NCBI GenBank assembly: GCA_943789275.1 | Contig: CALSTM010000001.1 | Location: 150,001-182,000, forward strand | DNA: 32,000 nucleotides | From: Candidatus Poseidoniaceae archaeon | Lineage (GTDB): Archaea; Thermoplasmatota; Poseidoniia; Poseidoniales; Poseidoniaceae | Reading direction: 5' to 3' | The notes under the pieces: model-generated | What the model was told of the DNA's origin: nothing | Database searches by the model: none | Seen by the model: only the letters and a program-made list of their open reading frames with translations | Made by a program: the position numbers and the translations under genes | Part shown: positions 27,408 through 32,000 of the stretch, piece by piece | Layout: the number at the start of each line of letters is the position of its first letter | How positions within the stretch are numbered: the stretch's first letter is position 1

Positions 27408-29060
27408 TCATTCTTCGCTTTCATCGGATTCGAAAGCCAAGAAGAATTCATCGATGTCGATGACTCCGTTTTCGTCCAGGTCGGCGTTGTGGAATATGCA
27501 TCGTGATTCATCGACAGAATACTCAAAACCGAGCGCTTTCAAAGCGCTTTGGAATTCACGCAGGGTGAGGTGATTCTTACCGCCAAGGTCAGCAGCATGG
27601 AATGCTGCGAGGCGTCGTTCATGTTCGGCAACAGTCGTAAACTTGAATTGCTCTCGAAACGATTGAACCGGTGTCCTTTGATATATGGCGTGCTTTTTGC
27701 CGTAGAGGTAGTAGGTTGCAGCACCTGAAAGAACCGCTGCGCCACCGCCAATGAATGCTTTTGTGCCGATGAAACTGATCAGTACGGCACCAGCAAGGAT
27801 GCCCCAGATGTGGATATAGGGGTACAATGGGGCTTTGTATTTTGGATTCCAATCGTGCTCCTTACTTGTTCTTCGAAGAATAATCACACATGTGTTGATC
27901 ATAATGAAAATCATGATTTTGAATCCAGAGGCAAGTTTGACCACGTCCTTCAGTGGAACAAACAGAATCGCTAATCCCATAGCGACCCCGGTTACTAAAA
28001 TCGGCCAATGCGGTGTTTCAAAGCGAACATTGACTTCTTCGAGAGCTTGGGGTAGCAGGTTGTCGCGTGACATAGCAAACAAAAATCGAGACGAAGCCAA
28101 TATTCCTGCTAAGGCCATGGAAATCATTGTGAGAACGGACAAAATCGCTGCGAATATTCCGAACTTTGTTCCGGCTACTTTCTCAGCGAAAACAAAAATC
28201 GGGTTTTCTATAACGACTCCATCTTGAAGCCACCATTCACCAGGAATCGCAGCCGTCATGAGGTAGGCAATAGCAGAATAGAGGACAGTTGCAATCAGCA
28301 GGGAGAGCATGATTCCGGCAGGGAGGTTACGTTCAGGATTCTTTACTTCACCGCCAATGGCAGCGACCTTTGTTACACCTGCATAGGCTACAAACACGAA
28401 TGCTGCAGCTTCTGCAAGCGACCACACGCTTGCATCAAAGGCCTCAGTGAAAGGTCTCTTCGCATCAAAGTCATCGACAAAGAGTGCAGCAATACAGATG
28501 AATACCAACAAGGCGACCGTCGAGAATACAATCGGCGTTTGAATGGCTTTCACCTTTGAAACACCGAAGATGTTGACCATCGTGATGAGTACTAAGGCGC
28601 TCATGGAAAGTACCATGATGCTGATCTCCACGTCAAAATACGTCGTAACAACGATGAGATAAGCCGAAAAGCCAATCAAAGCAAAAGCGGATTTGAGTAA
28701 AAAAGAGGCCCACAGCCCGAGGCCGCTGATCGTTCCAATAAGCGGGCCGTAGGTTCGTTCCAAATACACATAAGACCCTCCACTGGAAGGCATGCCAGAA
28801 GACAATTCCGATTTTGAGAGTGCGCCGGGAAGGACGACAGAAGCTGCCAGAAGATAGGCCAGCCATATTCCCGGGCCCATGATTTCAGCAGCAAATGTTG
28901 GCGTCACAAAAATACCAGGTAACATAGCTGAGAGCGAAATGATGACTACACCAGCAAGTCCAGTGGTTCTTTTCAACGTGTTTTTCAGCTCGGTGCCCGC
29001 AGAAACGAGCACGCTTTTAGGTTTCGAACTTGCCATGTCAAATCCCCGATTTCCGACCAT
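27408..29060 (-). CDS. APC-superfamily amino acid permease with C-terminal EF-hand pair
   Basis: The 550-aa ORF has an ATG start (ATG 29036 is an alternative). The core has about 12 TM helices with APC-type motifs (SLSAMLPGIFVTP.., LSKSELSSGMPSSGGSYVYLERTYGPLIGTISGLGLW). The C-terminal 70 aa are soluble and contain EF-hand loops. Confidence 0.85.
   Translation of the reverse strand: MVGNRGFDMASSKPKSVLVSAGTELKNTLKRTTGLAGVVIISLSAMLPGIFVTPTFAAEIMGPGIWLAYLLAASVVLPGALSKSELSSGMPSSGGSYVYLERTYGPLIGTISGLGLWASFLLKSAFALIGFSAYLIVVTTYFDVEISIMVLSMSALVLITMVNIFGVSKVKAIQTPIVFSTVALLVFICIAALFVDDFDAKRPFTEAFDASVWSLAEAAAFVFVAYAGVTKVAAIGGEVKNPERNLPAGIMLSLLIATVLYSAIAYLMTAAIPGEWWLQDGVVIENPIFVFAEKVAGTKFGIFAAILSVLTMISMALAGILASSRFLFAMSRDNLLPQALEEVNVRFETPHWPILVTGVAMGLAILFVPLKDVVKLASGFKIMIFIMINTCVIILRRTSKEHDWNPKYKAPLYPYIHIWGILAGAVLISFIGTKAFIGGGAAVLSGAATYYLYGKKHAIYQRTPVQSFREQFKFTTVAEHERRLAAFHAADLGGKNHLTLREFQSALKALGFEYSVDESRCIFHNADLDENGVIDIDEFFLAFESDESEE
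27411..27620 (-). other. EF-hand pair (one canonical, one degenerate Ca2+-binding loop) at the permease C-terminus
   Basis: Loop 2 is DLDENGVIDIDE (27447-27482). It fits the 12-residue EF-hand consensus at positions 1, 3, 5, 6, 8, 9 and 12 (D-x-D-x-N-G-x-I-D-x-x-E) and has flanking helices (SRCIFHNA / FFLAFE). Loop 1 is DLGGKNHLTLRE. It keeps positions 1 and 12 and the hydrophobic position 8, but lacks ligands at positions 3 and 5. Confidence 0.7.
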
Positions 29061-29144
29061 TAGAGGCCTAGTATTCGACTACAAGCAACGATACTCCTTA
29101 TTTTCTTGTATCGGATAATGTGTAAGTGCGTCGGAATACGGTAA

Positions 29145-30572
29145 TTATTCAAGAACCGGGGCCTTGGCGATGACCTTCATCTCTACCGCAATTGGTGTAG
29201 GCAAGGCTCGAATCGCTAGTGTTGTGCGAGTTGGTCCAACCTTACCCAGCGTTTCAGCCCAAACTTCGTTGTATCCTTTGAAATCCCGATCCATGTCGAC
29301 AAGGAATGAAGTAACATCCAAAACATCGTTAATCGAACCACCTGCTTCTTCAAGGATGCGTGTGATGTTTTCGACCACAGCATGTGTTTGTGCTTTGATG
29401 TCGTAATTGAGCGTCTTTCCATCAGCGTCATGTATTGGACCGCCAGGAATCGAATTGGTCCCAGGTTGGCGCGGTCCAACACCAGAGAGGTACAACAAAT
29501 CCCCAACTCGGCGTGCGTGCGGATAGGCACCAACGGGTTTTGGAGCTGCATTGCTGTTGACAGAATCATCACTTTCAGTAGGCTCCCAAAGGGCGGGTCC
29601 ATTGGTTTGTGTGGGTGCAGTTGAGGGCGATTGATTCACGGTTCCTTCTTCATCGTTTTGCGCATCCAAAACATTTCGTTCCCCTAAGAAGTACTCGACA
29701 TCGTCTTCATCATACTCCTTGTCGCCAGCGCCCGATGCTGTAGGGTCGAGGTGTACAACTGCACCACCAGCACCATGCAATGCTTCGTAGGCTAGGACCT
29801 CACCCGTCAGATTGTTTCTGTTTTGGTTCATTCCAGAGAGCCACCACATTGGTTTGAATGCAACGACTTTGTTGACACGTATTTGCTGATGTATGGTTCG
29901 TGAAAGTTGACCGACATCTTCGAGTCGACCTTCGCCTAAGAATTCCAAAATTTTACGGTTCCATTCATCGTCTTTCAACGAGTGAATTTGATCGTCCAGT
30001 GGATCAATTGGCTTCGTGAACATTCTGTTTGAAAGTGACATTGCAGTAATGGCAACCGCTTTTCGTCCAGTTGATTTGACAACATCCATACACGCTTTAG
30101 CAAGAACAGTCGTTTCCGCACGGTTTGCATACACATTCGAGGAAACGATGACTGCTGGTATGGCGTTGTCAGGGTTGAGTAATTTCAGTGCCACCACTGA
30201 GCCAACATCGATTGGAAATCCATGATAAGCAACTGTTCGGCTCTTTAAGCCACGCTTCTCGTTGGCTTTGTTCCATGCGTGAGCGAAGTTTTCATCGATG
30301 TTGAACGAATAGGGGATGGAACCCAAATCGTGGAAGTCATTGTCCACCATGACCCATTCAGGATTTGGGTCAGCAATGATTTGATGTCCAATGATGCTTG
30401 GCCACGTCGTCGAGTAAATGATGAGAAGGTCTGCCCCACTGTCCTTGATTCGTTGCGATGCTTCAGAAAAGGCATCTCGCAAGCGACCCCAACCTTCGTT
30501 TTGGTCTGCTGCTAAAACGGTATGTGGATGGACCGGCACGATGTACGAGCCTACCAGTTCTCCGTTGCTCAT
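29145..30572 (-). CDS. fusion protein: degenerate LigB-type (class III extradiol dioxygenase) alpha-like subunit, acidic linker, and RidA/YjgF/UK114 domain
   Basis: aa 1-275 are homologous to the upstream gene product (VPVHPHTV vs LAPHPPHLV, HGFPIDVGS vs RVDYGTITTG). However, they read YSTTWPS where the partner has LSPHWQT, and MSLSNRMF where the partner has NSLSHRHF. aa 341-475 (29148-29552) are a clear RidA-family domain (APKPVGAYPHARRVGDLLYLSGVGP...HAVVENITRILEEAGGSINDVLDVTSFLVDMDRDFKGYNEVWAE..GPTRTTLAIRALPTPIAVEMKVIA). The ATG overlaps the upstream stop codon (ATGA at 30569-30572). Confidence 0.8.
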   Translation of the reverse strand: MSNGELVGSYIVPVHPHTVLAADQNEGWGRLRDAFSEASQRIKDSGADLLIIYSTTWPSIIGHQIIADPNPEWVMVDNDFHDLGSIPYSFNIDENFAHAWNKANEKRGLKSRTVAYHGFPIDVGSVVALKLLNPDNAIPAVIVSSNVYANRAETTVLAKACMDVVKSTGRKAVAITAMSLSNRMFTKPIDPLDDQIHSLKDDEWNRKILEFLGEGRLEDVGQLSRTIHQQIRVNKVVAFKPMWWLSGMNQNRNNLTGEVLAYEALHGAGGAVVHLDPTASGAGDKEYDEDDVEYFLGERNVLDAQNDEEGTVNQSPSTAPTQTNGPALWEPTESDDSVNSNAAPKPVGAYPHARRVGDLLYLSGVGPRQPGTNSIPGGPIHDADGKTLNYDIKAQTHAVVENITRILEEAGGSINDVLDVTSFLVDMDRDFKGYNEVWAETLGKVGPTRTTLAIRALPTPIAVEMKVIAKAPVLE

Positions 30573-31483
30573 TCACTCGCCTCCTTGTGGTGGCGTTCCG
30601 GCCATTCAACAATGGCGTTTCCAGTTCCGATGATGGTGCCGTATCCGTGCAGGATGCCCGGATAATTGGGGACGTCGAGCGTTGAGAGGAGCCATGACAA
30701 TCCCCCGCCATCGCTTTCTGCTATCGCCTGTTCAGTAAATTCTGGCATTTCATCAAGGATACGTTGCGATTGACCAGTTCGGAAGTATTCAATCATACGC
30801 ATGTCCCAGAGATGCATGGCATGACTGGCAATATGTTCCTTACTCATATCTTCAGGAATGGCGGATTCAGTGGTGAAATGTCGATGGGAGAGTGAATTGC
30901 TGGCCAAAACAACAACTTTCTTGCCACTTGCAAGGATTGCTTCTCGAGTCACACGGCCGAGTTCAATCATCATCTCCTGCATGACTTCAACCGAGTAGTA
31001 ATCTCTTGAACGGTTGCTTGAAATGACAACAAGTGGCTTGTCCCACTGAGGATTGAACATATGTCCAGTGGTAATTGTCCCGTAGTCGACTCGAAAGTCA
31101 GGGTTTTCCATCATCTTGACAGCGAGCCCAGCATCAGCTGCTCGGTCGTGAATTTGACGAGACAAATCGACATCGATGTTGAGATCATAGTGGTAACGGA
31201 ACAGGTTTGGGAACACGGGGTCCACCGAGAGGCTCTTGAACGAAGGTAGCCCAAGGAAATGTGTCCCAATGTATGTTTGCCAGTGTGGGGAAAGTAAGAC
31301 GATAGCATCGTAATCAACATTGGCAAGTGATTCTCGCAAGCGCTCATACCCCCATCGCAATTGTTCCCATCCACCTTCTGCAGTGGGTTCATTTTGCTCC
31401 GGATTTTCAGCATACACCAGGTGGGGAGGGTGTGGTGCTAAGCAGCCTGCGACGATTTCGCCCTTCGACATGAGCAAACCCAT
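30569..31483 (-). CDS. LigB-type class III extradiol ring-cleavage dioxygenase, catalytic (beta-like) subunit
   Basis: Candidate metal and catalytic residues are present in the family order: GCLAPHPPHLVY, IVLLSPHWQT, LASNSLSHRHF, AIAESDGGG. The track ORF begins with TTG at 31552. ATG codons at 31531, 31483 and 31471 are alternatives. The later ones place the first His about 13-17 residues from the N-terminus, as in LigB/AmnB-like proteins. Confidence 0.8.
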   Translation of the reverse strand: MGLLMSKGEIVAGCLAPHPPHLVYAENPEQNEPTAEGGWEQLRWGYERLRESLANVDYDAIVLLSPHWQTYIGTHFLGLPSFKSLSVDPVFPNLFRYHYDLNIDVDLSRQIHDRAADAGLAVKMMENPDFRVDYGTITTGHMFNPQWDKPLVVISSNRSRDYYSVEVMQEMMIELGRVTREAILASGKKVVVLASNSLSHRHFTTESAIPEDMSKEHIASHAMHLWDMRMIEYFRTGQSQRILDEMPEFTEQAIAESDGGGLSWLLSTLDVPNYPGILHGYGTIIGTGNAIVEWPERHHKEASE

Positions 31484-31572
31484 GCATCGGGGGATTATAT
31501 CGGCATCGGAGAATGCCTCTTCTCTTACCATCTTGACCGAACCCTCAAACAAGGTGGAGTTTTGGGTGTAAT

Positions 31573-32000
31573 ATGGAGCCGGCAGAGGTGGATGTTGAAG
31601 TCCCGGTTCGCACCCCTTTCTTGATGCGAGCGTTTGATTTCAATACCGGCTTACGGCACATTATCGCTCCAGCGCTTATCGGCGTGGTCTTGGGTGGTTT
31701 CTGGCAATACAGTGTCATGCCGAACATTGGTGAAATCAATTTGCCAAATCCGATTCACGGTGCGTTCTTCATCAGTATTCTTTTGTCTCCACTTCTCTAT
31801 CGAATTCTCGTTGGAGACGATATGTCTCGGTGGATGGAATACACGTTCGGCCTCACCTTGCTTGGCCTGATTTTCTCGGTCATTTGGCTTTCAGGTTGGG
31901 GTGCAGTATTTTGTGGTGGATACGGTGCTTTGTTGGTGTGGGTTTGGATCAGCACAGACTGGGGGCGCTATGACCTTCCTCCGTTCCGTTACGGATTGTG
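31573..32000 (+). CDS. integral membrane protein, N-terminal fragment (continues beyond the window end)
   Basis: Frame 1 is open from ATG 31573 to the window edge (142 codons, no stop). It reads MEPAEVDVEVPVRTPFLMRAFDF..IIAPALIGVVLGGFW..GAFFISILLSPLLYRIL..YTFGLTLLGLIFSVIWLSGWGAVFCGGYGALLVWVWI, which gives several TM helices. It is absent from the ORF track because no stop codon is reached. AGGTGGAG lies 13 nt upstream. Confidence 0.5.
   Translation, partial: MEPAEVDVEVPVRTPFLMRAFDFNTGLRHIIAPALIGVVLGGFWQYSVMPNIGEINLPNPIHGAFFISILLSPLLYRILVGDDMSRWMEYTFGLTLLGLIFSVIWLSGWGAVFCGGYGALLVWVWISTDWGRYDLPPFRYGL

Noticed and set aside
27158-27526. 122-aa minus-strand ORF bridging the convergent ends of the surface-protein and permease genes
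   Set aside because: It overlaps the 3' ends of both well-supported genes. The only non-overlapped part is the 148-bp terminator-like spacer.
31634-31870. 78-aa plus-strand track ORF near the window end
   Set aside because: It is in a different frame from the longer open frame that starts at ATG 31573 and runs off the window with clear TM-helix character. The 78-aa translation looks like an off-frame artefact.
1-32000. Search for mobile elements, integrases near the tRNA, CRISPR arrays, rRNA, toxin-antitoxin or known defence-system genes
   Set aside because: None was recognisable. No transposase, integrase or recombinase motifs are present, no terminal inverted or direct repeats flank the surface-protein genes, and the tRNA is followed by gatD rather than an integrated element.

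Overview
This window looks like an archaeal chromosomal segment. The lineage markers are GatD, the RFC small subunit, aPelota, and a tRNA whose intron sits in a canonical bulge-helix-bulge splice motif. Gene content and the acidic, sequon-rich giant surface proteins suggest a marine planktonic Thermoplasmatota (MGII/MGIII-like) genome, but that is inference only. About 20 protein genes and 1 tRNA are supported. I saw no CRISPR array, transposase, integrase or rRNA.

Housekeeping genes, in window order:
- pelota
- formate-THF ligase
- an NfeD-flotillin operon
- a divergent shikimate-dehydrogenase-like gene
- an acyl-CoA carboxyltransferase
- gatD
- the RFC small subunit

Three large type-I anchored surface proteins (932, 3073 and about 880 aa) are interspersed with these and occupy roughly 45% of the window.

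The most unusual locus is 15348-27259.
- It encodes a 3073-aa protein built from a strictly alternating array of two beta-sandwich module types (7 A plus 6 B), followed by about eight Ig-like modules.
- After the Ig array come a single TM helix, a poly-acidic and Pro-rich cytoplasmic tail, and a terminal Trp-rich motif.
- The next gene encodes a stand-alone copy of only the 'stalk' part: about eight Ig-like modules, TM, acidic tail and the same Trp motif.

Other notable items:
- An APC-family permease carries a C-terminal EF-hand pair.
- A translationally coupled pair of LigB-type extradiol dioxygenase subunits has its degenerate subunit fused to a RidA/YjgF domain.
- A cutinase/dienelactone-hydrolase-like ectodomain reads GHGVG where GHSxG is expected.
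- The intron-containing tRNA(CAU) is hidden inside the N-terminal extension of the gatD ORF in the supplied track.

All functional calls come from motif recognition by eye. No database search was run.
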